From positions 2,285 to 66,284 of the forward strand of contig JAHIZV010000218.1 in NCBI GenBank assembly GCA_018814445.1: 64,000 bases of DNA, written 5' to 3'. The DNA comes from Verrucomicrobiota bacterium (GTDB lineage Bacteria; Verrucomicrobiota; Kiritimatiellia; JAHIZV01). Each line of letters opens with the position of its first letter. Positions within the stretch are counted from its first letter, which is position 1. The notes beneath the pieces were generated by a model, which was not told the origin of the DNA, made no database searches, and saw nothing but the letters and a program-made list of their open reading frames with translations. Made by a program: the position numbers and the translations under genes. Shown here piece by piece: positions 35,522 to 46,222 of the stretch.

Positions 35522-38155
35522 ATGCGCATATCGTTCAATAAAGAGATACTGCAGCGCATTACTCTGATTACATGTGTTTCTGTCGCCGCGACTGTCTCCA
35601 CTGCAAGTCAGACACTCCTCGTAGACTTCGGTAACAACTTATCGTTTCGAGGAACGAATGTGGTGAGTCCAGACTCAAACGGACATTACTGGAACAGCGT
35701 CCATTCCGCTGTGTACCACGCGGACATGGTCGATATCTCGAATAACACGACCACGGTGGATCTGGGATTCGATGCCGCGCCGGGAACGGACTTCTTCAAC
35801 GGTCCCTCCGGCACGAACGAGAATCCGGCGCTCTCCGAGTATGATGCGACTGCGCTCGGCGACCTTGGTGTGGATGAGGCGGTTTACGACTACTACGTCT
35901 CGTCGCGTTTTCAGGTCCAGGGCCTCGACACGGGGCGGACCTACAGCCTTACGTTCTTCGGTTCACACAAGTTCAGCGCGGATGATGCGACCGTCTACTC
36001 GGTCTACAGCAACACGAACTACACACAGGTCGTCGCTTCCGTCAGCCTGAACGTTCAGACGCCGGGATCGGCGTGGCTGCACAACAGCAACACGGTCGCC
36101 GTCATCAGCAACCTGGTGCCGCAGACCGGCAACATCCTGTATGTCGGCTTTGAAGGAAGCACCGGCGACAGCGGATACCTCAATGCGATGAAGATTGAAA
36201 GCGCTCCGCAGTCCGGCCCGCCCAGTCTCGAAGCTTATGTGAATCCCATGAACGGCAACGTTCCGGTTCCGAGGGAAACAAGGGTGGACGCCGACGAGAC
36301 GCGGAAGCTCGCGTTTCCCAGCGCGCGGGGATTCGGAAGGTTTGCCGACCCGGATATCGGGCCCGGACAGGACTTTGACGCGATCAAGGTGACTAACCTG
36401 CTTGATAGCGGGCCCGGTTCGTACCGCGACGCCATCATGTCCACGAACGGCCCGCGTGTAGTGATTTTCACTGTCAGCGGCACCATTGATCTCACCGAAA
36501 CCGTCCTGATGAGGGAGCCGCAGGACAACGTCTACGTTGCGGGCCAGACCAGTCCGGGAGGCATCCAGCTCAAATGCAGCGGCAACAATGAAAAAGCGCC
36601 GCTGCGCGCCGTCCGCACGCGGGACATCATTGCCCGTTTTCTGAAACTGCGGCCCGGGCTGGATCATGCGTTGAGTTCGGACGTCGACTCGCTCGCCATG
36701 AATGATGTTGAGAACAGCATCTTCGATCATCTCAGCCTGCAGTGGTCCACCGACGAGGCGGCACACATTACGTCGAAGGGCGACGGCGTCACGCTGCAAT
36801 GGTCGCTTCAATCCGAGCCGCTGCGCTGCGGCCCCTGCCGGAGCGATAATCATTCCCAGCACGATTACGGGGTCTTCTCCGACGTGAACAAGAACCTCAC
36901 GCTGTACAAGAACTTCTTCATGGGCGGGCGCTGGCGCAACCCGAATGTTCAGGCCACGAACGCGCTCGAGATGATCAACAACGTCGGCTACAACTACGGC
37001 GAGTACGCGGCGCAATTCTATGTGAATGCCACGCGCGGAAACCTTATCGCCAACATCATCGGCAACTGGTACTCAAAGGGCCCGCGTACCGCGGGCGACC
37101 CGCATATGCTCTTCGCGTCCTACGAGGGTTCGTCCAGCCACGGCTTCGAATTCTATGTGGATGGAAACATCGGCATGAGGGACACCTCGGGCGTGTGCAA
37201 CATCAACTTCCTCGCGCCTCATTTGACGAGTCCCGTCATGGAACAGAACGGAACACTGCTGACCCCGGACGGTCAGACCGGCATAGTTTTTGCGGTGGCC
37301 AGGGCGGACGGGTTGTCCATTCCCGCTGAAGATATCGTGTCCGCCGATCAGGCCATGAAAGATGTCATCGTTGGCGCGGGCGCCATGCAGGACATGTTCA
37401 GTACGCCGAGACGGGATCTCGTGGACGCGCGTTCCATGGGTCAGTTCCAGAACTGCGATGATACGGGCTACACGCCTCAGCCCGATCCGCTCGATGCGAT
37501 TCCGGCGCCCGGCTATCCGGATCTGACAACGAATACCACCTGGTCGTGGACGACCAATGACGTCGACGATGACGGCATGCTCGACGCCTGGGAGACGCTT
37601 TATGCTGATCTGAGCCTTGTCCCGAACGGTGATCCTGACGGGGACGGCTGGTCTAACATGGAAGAGTTCCTCAACTATATGGCGGGCGAGCACATTCAGT
37701 GGACCGGGACGGGTGATCCCGTCCTGGTCCCGCCCGTGTACTGCGGCTACCCGGTGGGGGTGCAGCCGACCGCCGACATGGACAGCGACGGCCTGCCGGA
37801 TGGATGGGAGTGGTTCCATTTCGGTCAAACGGACCATCCGAACGGGGAGCCCCACATCGATTGGGACGGCGACGGACACTCGAACCTTCAGGAGCTGTAC
37901 GCGGGAACGAACCCGACGAACGCATCATCGATCTTCATGATCAAAGAGGTGTCCCCGTCCGGAGACACGTACGAGGTCACCTGGCTGAGCGCGTCCGGCA
38001 AAACCTATGCCATCTACCGCACCGATGATCTCGTTTCCGGCTGGACCAATGCGGCATCGACCAACCACATTTCCGCCAGCCCCTCGGGCACAAACACCTG
38101 GTTCGATACACAGGCGCCAACCCACGGGGCGAGCTACCGCGTCAGGGTGGAGTAG
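35522..38155 (+). CDS. Secreted multidomain polysaccharide lyase (PL1 pectate-lyase-like) with an N-terminal 'DFG-YWNS' domain and the shared dockerin/TSP3-like plus beta-tail C-terminal module
   Basis: Signal peptide. N-terminal 'LLVDFGNNLSFRGTNVVSPDSNGHYWNSV ... QGLDTGRTYSLTFFGSHKF ... YLNAMKIE'. PL1-like 'IKVTNLLDSGPGSYRDAI ... VVIFTVSGTIDL', 'IFDHLSLQWSTDEAAHI', 'FMGGRWRNPNVQATNALEMINNVGYNYGEY'. C-terminal 'DPDGDGWSNMEEF', 'WDGDGHSNLQELYAGTNP', tail '...YAIYRTDDLVSGWTN...ASYRVRVE'. Confidence 0.7.
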   Translation: MRISFNKEILQRITLITCVSVAATVSTASQTLLVDFGNNLSFRGTNVVSPDSNGHYWNSVHSAVYHADMVDISNNTTTVDLGFDAAPGTDFFNGPSGTNENPALSEYDATALGDLGVDEAVYDYYVSSRFQVQGLDTGRTYSLTFFGSHKFSADDATVYSVYSNTNYTQVVASVSLNVQTPGSAWLHNSNTVAVISNLVPQTGNILYVGFEGSTGDSGYLNAMKIESAPQSGPPSLEAYVNPMNGNVPVPRETRVDADETRKLAFPSARGFGRFADPDIGPGQDFDAIKVTNLLDSGPGSYRDAIMSTNGPRVVIFTVSGTIDLTETVLMREPQDNVYVAGQTSPGGIQLKCSGNNEKAPLRAVRTRDIIARFLKLRPGLDHALSSDVDSLAMNDVENSIFDHLSLQWSTDEAAHITSKGDGVTLQWSLQSEPLRCGPCRSDNHSQHDYGVFSDVNKNLTLYKNFFMGGRWRNPNVQATNALEMINNVGYNYGEYAAQFYVNATRGNLIANIIGNWYSKGPRTAGDPHMLFASYEGSSSHGFEFYVDGNIGMRDTSGVCNINFLAPHLTSPVMEQNGTLLTPDGQTGIVFAVARADGLSIPAEDIVSADQAMKDVIVGAGAMQDMFSTPRRDLVDARSMGQFQNCDDTGYTPQPDPLDAIPAPGYPDLTTNTTWSWTTNDVDDDGMLDAWETLYADLSLVPNGDPDGDGWSNMEEFLNYMAGEHIQWTGTGDPVLVPPVYCGYPVGVQPTADMDSDGLPDGWEWFHFGQTDHPNGEPHIDWDGDGHSNLQELYAGTNPTNASSIFMIKEVSPSGDTYEVTWLSASGKTYAIYRTDDLVSGWTNAASTNHISASPSGTNTWFDTQAPTHGASYRVRVE

Positions 38156-38248
38156 CCACGGTCCCTATAGCATGCTCGCTGACGTTTACCCCGCCAGAGG
38201 CGGGGGTCGCATCGACTTCATCGTCGGCCGGATTGAATGCATCGTGGA

Positions 38249-41200
38249 CTACTGAGCCTGAACGCCAAGGCGGATATAGATCTTCCGCTCGGTCAGCGGA
38301 ACCAGATTGCTGACCGCATCGAAGTTGGGATCGGCTGCGCTCGTGGCTGAGAGTTCTGTGTAGCCGGCGTTGGTCCAGCTTCCTGCCAGCAGGTTCGTGC
38401 GCGACTGAAGGAAGTATGTGATGCCGCTGTCGATGCGGCGCGCGTATGTGTAGTGCACGACACTGGATCCGCCGGAGTCGGCGATCTCGATAGCGGGCAG
38501 GTAGCCGGTATCGAGTCCATTGGTCGGAACGCCTCCGAATCCAAATTCTCCAAGATTGAGAAGACCGTCACCGTCGTCGTCCGCATATCGCCCGCCGAGG
38601 CCGGGATAATCCAGCGCCCATTTCTCATAGGCAAAGGGAATGTCTCGGGCTTCGATCAGCATGGCATTCAGATAGCCTTCATTGCCGGCGGATCCTTTGA
38701 ATCCGACGTAGATCTTGTTGTCGTCATGCACGAGCAGGTTCGTGATAACGGCCACCGTGTTGCTGTTGTGCAGTTCAGATGAACCGGGCGTCTGAACGTT
38801 GAGCGTCGCGGAAGTGATCACGGTCGAGTAATTCGTGCCGGAGTAGATCGTGTAAACCGTCGCGTCGTCGGTGCTGAACTTGTGTGAGCCGAATAGGGTC
38901 AGATCATAGGTCCGGCCCGGATCCAGTCCCTGGATTTGAAACTTCGATGACACGTAGTAGTCGTTCACAGCGGCGTAAGAGCCGCCGATCAGTCCGAGCG
39001 CATTGGTATCGACGGCGTTCGTCGGCCCATTGAAACTGTCGCTGCCCGGCGCGTCGTCAAATCCAAGATTTATGCCGGTCGCAGTATTTGTTCTGTCGAT
39101 CAGGTTGGCATTGAACGCGCCGGACCAGACGCTGTTCCAGTAACTGCCTTTGCCATCGGGGTTGGAAACGGAAGTCCCGCGAAACGAGCTGTCCGCTCCA
39201 AAGTCGATCAGAATAGGACCGTGCTTTGGGGTTGTGGTTCTGACGGCGGCGCGTCCGTGCCAGAGGTGGCTGTTGGTGCCGCTTGAGCCCAGTGACACGG
39301 TCAGCACATTACTCTGCACGTTGGTCCAGGCCGCTGGCTGCCCTTCCAGCTGCACCGCGACAGGTCCGTCAAAGCCTGCCGGGAGTACCATCGTTGCGTT
39401 CGTGTCACCGACGGAATAGATCCAGAATTCGACACCCGCGCTGTTCGTCTGAACGACATAGGCGAGGCTATCAGACTTGCCGGGCGGAATGATGCAGGCG
39501 GCCAGCATGTCCGGCGACTCGGCGATGTAGCCGTACGGGGCGAGCGTCCAACCGTTCGTGCTCATCGGATTCGGACCCAGGTTGGCGGTTACTTCAACCG
39601 TACCGTATTTCGCCGCGATGAAGCCGTTGTCGGTATCGACCGCATTCGTTCCCCAATGATGCTCGAAGGAATAGACGGGTTCTCCGATGTAGCGCGCACA
39701 GACTGTTTTCTGCAGCCGGTCGATCCAGTACAACCATTGGCGGATCGGCGTACTCTCAACTTCTTCATCCCTGACGACATACGTCATGCCGTAACCGAGT
39801 CCCAAGGTCCATGCTGCGACTTCATGGTTGTGGACCGCGCCGCTGAGGTTGTTGTAGACCATCGACAGCTTGTCGTGGGCTATATGCTGTGCCAGGGGGA
39901 ATATAGTCCACGCCTTTGTCGAGTAGCGTTCACGCAGATACCTGCGCCAGAAGGGAGCGTTGGTGGTGGGCGCAAGTCCCCAGGCCAGTCCGCAGAACTG
40001 GGCTTCGTGGTTCACCAGCCGGTCGAAACCGTTTTCGGTCGATACCGGCATATACTCGCTGTCTTCGGCCGCGATGGCTGCGAGACCGGAGATGTAGGCA
40101 TGTGGCGCCGGGGAGTTGGTGTTCATGTCGTACTGTCCGGTACGCGCACCGATCTGATCATGGAAGATTATGTCCACGGGGTAATTCGTGATGAACAGTC
40201 CGCGCGTGTGTCGATTTGCAACCTGCACATCAGGATGCCACGGTGTGACGGTGTACCCGCCCTCTCCGAAGTACTCTTCAAATGAGAGTGATCCGTCCGG
40301 ATCGCGCAGAAGAGGATCTTCGCCCTTCGCAGTAAATGTTGGTCCGCGAGGATCCTCTCCCCAGAAAGTAGGATTGGTATACGGCATGACCATCTGGTCA
40401 TTGTCTTTCGCCTGTGCGAGCAGATTCGTGAACTCGGCCGATGTCCCGAACGTCGCGTTTGGAGGCAAGTGATCCGGGTATTGCTTGTCGAATCCTCCGT
40501 AGAGGTACTGTGCCAGATGAATGATTGAGGGTGAGGGCAGCTGGGAAAGCCGCTCAGTGAGACCGGTGGCTGTACCCAGACTGTTGATCAGCACCGAGTG
40601 TTTGAATGTGTTCAGTGTCGATGCCGACATCTTGTTCGTCAGCGTGCGGACAAAACCGTTCGCGCTGCTGTATGCAGCTAGTGAGTTCTCAACGGTCTCA
40701 CCAAGCACAAGCCTCACGACAGGCGACTGCCACGTTGTGTTTGTCTCCACATACGGGGTGAAAGCACGCTGGAAATATCCTCCTGTTGCATCGGCTCCCC
40801 ATTCAAGTCTTCCCGGAATGAACAGCGTCGCGGGATTCGTTGAGCCTGACCACGGATCGGCAGGAACGGGCTGAACGCCGTACAGCGAAGAGTTGCCGTT
40901 AGTCGTTTCGAGCTGGAAAAAGTCGGCGAATGCCGGCGGATAAAGTATGTTGTTCGTGTAATAGAGATTCGGCTGCAGAGCCTGATAGAAAGCATAACCG
41001 GCGACTTCGAACCAGTGACCGCCCGACTGAATATAGTTCCCAACCTCCGCAACCGTGGCAGACACGCCGCCTCCGAGGGACGCGGGCACGAGCTCGCCAT
41101 ATGGATTAAGGATCGCCAGGACATTCGTATTGGCCAACGCGTTGGTCATTTCGTCGACGTTGGTCAGTTCGAGAATATCTATTCCATTCGCGACAAGACT

Positions 41201-42280
41201 GGTCGAGGCATGTAGACGACCGAGCCACTGGTCGATTCGGACCTCTGACGGCCACGATTCACCGATCACCGGTCCGCGTTCCATGCTGAGTACGGCCAAA
41301 TTGGTTCGCCCGCCGGATGTCTGTGCGAGGTGCTCGATTGCGGCCACTACGACGTCCAGTGAGAATTCGACGCGCGTGGCGTCCACGAGGCCGCCGATAC
41401 GCATCAGCCAGCCGGCGCCGGCTCCGCCGCCGAGGTGACTGCCCGAGAAGAAGGCTCCGTGGGGCGAATCGAGTAGAATCACATCCGCCTGCCCACTTGC
41501 CGGAGGACGGTGAACAGTCGCGCTAGCAGAGGCCCATTTGTTGGACAAGTCGCTCCCCAACCACGCGACGCCGTCGGTCGTGAAGTTGAGCGCGACCACA
41601 TCGTAATTCGTGATAACAGCGGAACTGCCGTACAAGCTGACGTATCCTGCAGGACCAACCGATGTCTGCTTCCAGCTAGCCGGATCGTCTTCGGTCTGAA
41701 TTAGAAAGTAGTTCGTGTTGTACGCCATCCCAACGCCGTCGCTGGAATGGTTCGGCGCGATGAAACGCTTCATGACGGAAGGTTCAAAGCGGAGGAGTGC
41801 CGGCAGAACCAATTGGGTCACCGCGTTCGAGGCTGTATCGACCGCTGCTGACATGTCTATGCCGTCATCACGATTTGAGATCGTAATGCTGATAGCGTAC
41901 TCAACGTTACTGTACGTCAGGTAAAGGCTGTTGCTCGGAGCAGGGAGAGACCAGGAGAACGTGTCGGTGGGTGATGTCGAAGAGAAGATCGCGGCGTTGA
42001 CAGTTCCGCGGATGCCGAGCGCAGTGTTCGTATATGACAGGGACCAGAGCCCCTCTGCACCGCTTCGGGCAATGTCGCCATTGCCGGCCGTGATGGATTT
42101 GATCGATCCGTTCGTGTCATTGATAAGAACGCTATGACTGGTGCCCGTGAAAAGGAAACCTTCGGCAGTATGTTGAATGCCCGCAACGACCGTGTTCGCC
42201 GCAAGCCCGAGGCACACGGCCACCATCGCTGCAGTGGCACCTGTTCGCGGCACGCTGCGACGCATGAATACAAATTGCAT
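38249..42280 (-). CDS. Giant secreted protein with an unassigned glycoside-hydrolase-like central region, a C-terminal 'DFG-YWNS' domain and the shared dockerin-like/beta-tail module. The track start at 42319 is an alternative.
   Basis: Signal 'MQFVFMRRSVPRTGATAAMVAVCLGLAANTVVAG'. Central 'MVMPYTNPTFW ... VDIIFHDQIGAR ... YISGLAAIAAEDSEYMPVSTENGFD'. Then 'ILIDFGADSSFRGTSVSNPDGKGSYWNSVW ... QGLDPGRTYDLTLFGSHKF ... YLNAMLIE'. Ends 'DDDGDGLLNLGEFGFGGVP ... YFLQSRTNLLAGSWTN ... KIYIRLGVQAQ'. Confidence 0.7.
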   Translation of the reverse strand: MQFVFMRRSVPRTGATAAMVAVCLGLAANTVVAGIQHTAEGFLFTGTSHSVLINDTNGSIKSITAGNGDIARSGAEGLWSLSYTNTALGIRGTVNAAIFSSTSPTDTFSWSLPAPSNSLYLTYSNVEYAISITISNRDDGIDMSAAVDTASNAVTQLVLPALLRFEPSVMKRFIAPNHSSDGVGMAYNTNYFLIQTEDDPASWKQTSVGPAGYVSLYGSSAVITNYDVVALNFTTDGVAWLGSDLSNKWASASATVHRPPASGQADVILLDSPHGAFFSGSHLGGGAGAGWLMRIGGLVDATRVEFSLDVVVAAIEHLAQTSGGRTNLAVLSMERGPVIGESWPSEVRIDQWLGRLHASTSLVANGIDILELTNVDEMTNALANTNVLAILNPYGELVPASLGGGVSATVAEVGNYIQSGGHWFEVAGYAFYQALQPNLYYTNNILYPPAFADFFQLETTNGNSSLYGVQPVPADPWSGSTNPATLFIPGRLEWGADATGGYFQRAFTPYVETNTTWQSPVVRLVLGETVENSLAAYSSANGFVRTLTNKMSASTLNTFKHSVLINSLGTATGLTERLSQLPSPSIIHLAQYLYGGFDKQYPDHLPPNATFGTSAEFTNLLAQAKDNDQMVMPYTNPTFWGEDPRGPTFTAKGEDPLLRDPDGSLSFEEYFGEGGYTVTPWHPDVQVANRHTRGLFITNYPVDIIFHDQIGARTGQYDMNTNSPAPHAYISGLAAIAAEDSEYMPVSTENGFDRLVNHEAQFCGLAWGLAPTTNAPFWRRYLRERYSTKAWTIFPLAQHIAHDKLSMVYNNLSGAVHNHEVAAWTLGLGYGMTYVVRDEEVESTPIRQWLYWIDRLQKTVCARYIGEPVYSFEHHWGTNAVDTDNGFIAAKYGTVEVTANLGPNPMSTNGWTLAPYGYIAESPDMLAACIIPPGKSDSLAYVVQTNSAGVEFWIYSVGDTNATMVLPAGFDGPVAVQLEGQPAAWTNVQSNVLTVSLGSSGTNSHLWHGRAAVRTTTPKHGPILIDFGADSSFRGTSVSNPDGKGSYWNSVWSGAFNANLIDRTNTATGINLGFDDAPGSDSFNGPTNAVDTNALGLIGGSYAAVNDYYVSSKFQIQGLDPGRTYDLTLFGSHKFSTDDATVYTIYSGTNYSTVITSATLNVQTPGSSELHNSNTVAVITNLLVHDDNKIYVGFKGSAGNEGYLNAMLIEARDIPFAYEKWALDYPGLGGRYADDDGDGLLNLGEFGFGGVPTNGLDTGYLPAIEIADSGGSSVVHYTYARRIDSGITYFLQSRTNLLAGSWTNAGYTELSATSAADPNFDAVSNLVPLTERKIYIRLGVQAQ

Positions 42281-42327
42281 CGTCACATCATTCACTATCG
42301 TCTCCCGGGCGTTAAACATGGGGATGC

Positions 42328-42337
42328 TTTACGTAAA
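42328..42337. promoter_or_regulatory. Palindromic box TTTACGTAAA, site 3, in the divergent promoter between the two giant genes
   Basis: 'TGCTTTACGTAAACTTA' between the minus-strand gene ending at ~42280/42319 and the plus-strand SGNH gene. Confidence 0.5.
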
Positions 42338-42397
42338 CTTATGCAGTTTGCCGAACTGTTGAAGAGCCGGGACCATGCGAGTTATATTTGTCTCTAT

Positions 42398-45300
42398 ATG
42401 AACAACGCTCTCAGGATGCTTAGTCAACAAGGGGGACCCCGACCCAGAAATGTCGCCGCCGTTCTCTGGGGCGTACTCCTCACTTTGACGCTGACTGCAG
42501 CACCTTGCGGACAAGCAGCGCCTTCCAACGGTGTAATTGGTGTTCTGGGTTCCTCAGTGGCCAAGGGATACAACGGCGGCGGGGGATACACCAACGGATC
42601 GTACGTCGGTGGCTATATAGGCCAGCTGACGCCAGTCCTCGAACAACGGGGATGGGGCGTTACCAATGTATCCACACCGGGAGACAATACCTCGAAGGCG
42701 TACACCAACATCTTCAACAAACTGATTCCCGCAAATCCGGACTACGCCGTTGTGGCCCTCTCCCTCGCGAACCAGGGCCTGGTCTTTTCCTCGGATCGCG
42801 AAGCCACTCTGGAATCGTTCCGCTCCGGTCTGACCAACATCCTGCACACGATCACAACAAACGGAATCCAGCCCGTTGCCGTCACCCTCGTTTATCCGTC
42901 TCAGGCGTATACGCTGGACATGTACGACTACGTGAAACGAATGAACCTCATCATTAATTCATGGGACATTCCCAGTATCAACCTGATGGGCTCACAGAAC
43001 GACGAGCAGGGCCGGTGGGTTTACGAATATATTAACGACCCGTACCACCCTACGGCCGATGGACACGCCGAGTTTTTCTACACCGTCGTCCCCACCCTCT
43101 TCGATGCCATCCGAGTGGGAAAGACCAACCGGCCGTCGCTGCCGCCCACCGGCCGGTTCATGCGTGTTACACAGGAGAGCGACCAGCCTGCACCGTTGGT
43201 TTACGAGCCGGAATACACGATGCACTCCTTTACAGCGAACTTCCAGGTCCGGACCACCGGAACCGGAACCGTTGCCGCCATCCGTTCGAGCTATACCGAG
43301 CCCCTCGTGCTGATTGACTTCGGGCCAACCAACGATGCCCTCGGGCGCGCCACTGCCAGTCCGGATGCCTATGGGAATCATTGGAACAGCTGGCGTCCGG
43401 ATTCCCTGTCTGCGGGAACTGCGTCGAACAACTTAATCGATGTCGCCGGCGCACCTACCGCTATCGACATCGCAATTACCTCTGCCTTCAGCAGTGCAAG
43501 CGGACGCTCCAGCGGGTTCGGCCTTTTTCAGCCCGAGGGTCCCGACCCCGAACTGCTGGGTTCCCTGGCCGTCGAAACTGCTACCGAGGACTACTTCCGT
43601 CTGACCAGCAGCGCTGGACTGACGCTCAGTGGACTCGACACCGGCACGGTATATACACTGCGCATTTTCGCCTGCCGCGAATCCTCTGTCATGAAGCGTA
43701 CGACGGATTTCCAGGTGACCGACCGTAATGGGTCCACCACCTATTCGATGCTGACCTCGGGTGCCAACACGGGGCGGGACGGAGCCTATGACGGCAATAA
43801 CCATCGCGCGATCGGATTCCAGGATCTATATCCGAAGACCAACGGAACACTGCTTGTCTCGCTCAGCACCACGAACGAAGGGTTCATCAGCCTCATGGAG
43901 ATCGGGCGCTCCACGCCCGTGCCGACCAACATCTATGGTACTGTGGAAGTCCGTGACAGCTCTCTGGCGTATGTATCTCCCGGCGGCGTCGAGATCACCG
44001 CGCCCGTCGACGTCAATGACGGCGCCTTCCAAGACATAAGCCTCAGCCACAACTTCGCACTGCAGCGCACGTATCTGTTTGTGAACGGCCTGCTGTACGG
44101 AACGGTTGGAGAGCGCCTTGTTCCCGATCGTTTTGTCCTCGGCGGATCGGACCAGGCCGACGCTTCCGCTGCGCCGACACAGGCAGACTACCAGGCCTGG
44201 TGTCTCTATCGTTCGTCCTGGACTCCCGGCGAAGCAATGGCGCAGCACCTGGGCGCGCTTCAACAGGCCAGCCTTGAGGTGGCGGCCCCACTGGACGACG
44301 GCGCCTTCGCGCTCGACGATCCTGTAACCAACGTTGCGCAGAGTATGGCGAGTGCATATGTTCGCGGCACCAACGTGGAGGTCGGCATCGGCCCGACACC
44401 GCCCAGTTCGTTGACCGCGCGCTCGTACGATACCGACTCGATCGAGCTTTCGTGGAACAACAACGCCGGCGGCGGCCTGGGCACGGAACTGCATCGGCGA
44501 ACAGCCGGGACGCAGTGGAACCTTGCGGCGGATCTGGGCGCCGGGGTGGCTGCTTTCACCGACACCGGTCTGGACGCCGGTGAAGAATACATCTATCGGG
44601 TCGCAGCAAAGGACGGGGCCTTGTTGAGCGGATTCTCCACCTCGATAACCGCTTCTGTCGGAGCGGACGGATCAAGCTACGAGGAATGGATGTCGGACTA
44701 TATCCCGGGCGACTTGCGAACCTGGCTGATAGACTTCAACTCAACGGTGAGTACGAACTACGGGGGCGCGGTGTGGAACACCCTCTCGAGCTGGACCGAT
44801 GCCACACCTCGCGCGTTGGTCGATACCGGCGGCGTGACAGCCGCGCGCGCATCCATAGCTCTAATAGACCCTTTCGATACGTCCCGCTCCGGCAATGGAA
44901 GCCCTCTCAGCACCAACGACTACGCGGCCGATGCGCAGAGCACGCTGTTTGTATCCACCGAGTATCTCGACGACCAACTCGATGCGGGAAAGGCCAGTAT
45001 TCGATTGAGCGGCCTGAGGCGAAGCCTCAAGTACAACGTCACCATCTTCGCCCGCCGCGGCACGGTAGTATCGGGTTTCGACTATCGGAGCCGTTATGAG
45101 GTGGAGAGTCTCAACGGTAACTCGGCCGCCGAAGTCGACACAGCCACCAACGAAAATACCGTGATGTTCGCGGATCTCTCACCGGACGCAGACGGCAATA
45201 TCACCCTCAGCATCGGTCCCGCCGACAAACCGAACGGCGCGATCTTCGCCGGGATCAGCCTGATGAAGGTCAGCGAAGTTCCGCGGGTGACCAACGACTT

Positions 45301-46222
45301 TTATCTTGTTGATTTCGCCGCTGCCGACGGCACGACTTATGATGATCCCGGCTATGTCTGGAATTCCATTCCTACCAATATGCCTGAGAGCATGGCAACA
45401 AACCTGACCAATGAGCTCGGTGACGACTCCGACGGGTACACCCTTATATTCGATAAGAAGTTCAACCAGTATCGCAGCGGCAGCGGCTCTGTGGCGGGGG
45501 GGTATGACGATGTTGCCGAGGACACCTGTTTCGCGCTGGGAAGCGTTACCACGTATGCGGCCAAGATGACCTTTGGTGGACTCAACACAAATAGTCTGTA
45601 CGACTTTCTCTTTCTCGCGCGACGGCCCAATTTCTCCTCCTTCAGCAACCTCGGATCCTACAGCTTCGAAGGCAGCGGGGAACCCGTCACCGTAGTCGTG
45701 GACGGCCGCGAGAATGAGGGTTACACCTTTGTGGGTCCTATTACCCCTGACGCAGGCGGCGAAATCTCGCTATCCGTTTCAAACATGCCCACGGCGCTGA
45801 TTCCCTTTGCCGTACTCAACGTCCTGCGCATGAGTGAGCGCACCGGTGCCGCAGGCGGAGAAGCTACACGCGGAGTTTCCGGCGATGCGGACGCAGACGG
45901 GAACTCCAATCTGAAAGAGTATATCTACAACATGAACCCCCTCGTCACGGATGCGGTGCTGTCCGGATTCGAGCCAATCCTGACCCAGTCCGGTCCGTCC
46001 CAGGTTTCGCTTTGGTATGATCGCTATCTCCCGGCGTCCGACGTTGCGTATGAGGTACAAAGTCGAACCAATCTACTGGCAGGCGTCTGGGAAACCGCAA
46101 CGGGCTTAACCGAAACAGTGGTCAACGACAACCGAACCGTCCGTTCGCTGCGGCTTGACCACGCCATCGCTGACGAAAAAGACGAGCTGTACCTCCGCTT
46201 GAGAATGGACTACGCCCCGTAG
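42398..46222 (+). CDS. Giant secreted SGNH/GDSL-hydrolase multidomain protein (paralog 1). Architecture: SGNH, 'DFG-YWNS' domain, LamG-like, FN3, 'DFG' domain x2, dockerin-like plus beta-tail. The start is uncertain (alternatives 42341 and 42416). The track ORF from 42134 overlaps the divergent gene and was rejected.
   Basis: Signal '...MLSQQGGPRPRNVAAVLWGVLLTLTLTAAPCGQA'. SGNH blocks 'GVLGSSVAKGY' (Ser), 'VTNVSTPGDNTSKA' (Gly), 'VALSLANQGL' (Asn), 'DPYHPTADGHAEF' (Asp-x-x-His). 'LVLIDFGPTNDALGRATASPDAYGNHWNSWRP ... LSGLDTGTVYTLRIFACRES ... FISLMEI'. LamG-like 'YGTVEVRDSSLAYVSPGG ... LFVNGLLYGTV'. FN3 'PSSLTARSYDTDSIELSWNN ... YIYRVAAKDG'. C-terminal 'DADADGNSNLKEYIYNMNP ... YEVQSRTNLLAGVWET ... 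ELYLRLRMDYAP'. Confidence 0.75.
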   Translation: MNNALRMLSQQGGPRPRNVAAVLWGVLLTLTLTAAPCGQAAPSNGVIGVLGSSVAKGYNGGGGYTNGSYVGGYIGQLTPVLEQRGWGVTNVSTPGDNTSKAYTNIFNKLIPANPDYAVVALSLANQGLVFSSDREATLESFRSGLTNILHTITTNGIQPVAVTLVYPSQAYTLDMYDYVKRMNLIINSWDIPSINLMGSQNDEQGRWVYEYINDPYHPTADGHAEFFYTVVPTLFDAIRVGKTNRPSLPPTGRFMRVTQESDQPAPLVYEPEYTMHSFTANFQVRTTGTGTVAAIRSSYTEPLVLIDFGPTNDALGRATASPDAYGNHWNSWRPDSLSAGTASNNLIDVAGAPTAIDIAITSAFSSASGRSSGFGLFQPEGPDPELLGSLAVETATEDYFRLTSSAGLTLSGLDTGTVYTLRIFACRESSVMKRTTDFQVTDRNGSTTYSMLTSGANTGRDGAYDGNNHRAIGFQDLYPKTNGTLLVSLSTTNEGFISLMEIGRSTPVPTNIYGTVEVRDSSLAYVSPGGVEITAPVDVNDGAFQDISLSHNFALQRTYLFVNGLLYGTVGERLVPDRFVLGGSDQADASAAPTQADYQAWCLYRSSWTPGEAMAQHLGALQQASLEVAAPLDDGAFALDDPVTNVAQSMASAYVRGTNVEVGIGPTPPSSLTARSYDTDSIELSWNNNAGGGLGTELHRRTAGTQWNLAADLGAGVAAFTDTGLDAGEEYIYRVAAKDGALLSGFSTSITASVGADGSSYEEWMSDYIPGDLRTWLIDFNSTVSTNYGGAVWNTLSSWTDATPRALVDTGGVTAARASIALIDPFDTSRSGNGSPLSTNDYAADAQSTLFVSTEYLDDQLDAGKASIRLSGLRRSLKYNVTIFARRGTVVSGFDYRSRYEVESLNGNSAAEVDTATNENTVMFADLSPDADGNITLSIGPADKPNGAIFAGISLMKVSEVPRVTNDFYLVDFAAADGTTYDDPGYVWNSIPTNMPESMATNLTNELGDDSDGYTLIFDKKFNQYRSGSGSVAGGYDDVAEDTCFALGSVTTYAAKMTFGGLNTNSLYDFLFLARRPNFSSFSNLGSYSFEGSGEPVTVVVDGRENEGYTFVGPITPDAGGEISLSVSNMPTALIPFAVLNVLRMSERTGAAGGEATRGVSGDADADGNSNLKEYIYNMNPLVTDAVLSGFEPILTQSGPSQVSLWYDRYLPASDVAYEVQSRTNLLAGVWETATGLTETVVNDNRTVRSLRLDHAIADEKDELYLRLRMDYAP

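Noticed and set aside
42134-42397. Upstream 88-aa extension of the SGNH paralog-1 ORF
   Set aside because: It overlaps the divergently transcribed 1356-aa gene and the palindromic box. The signal peptide begins only at the internal Met (MNNALRMLSQQ... / MLSQQ...).
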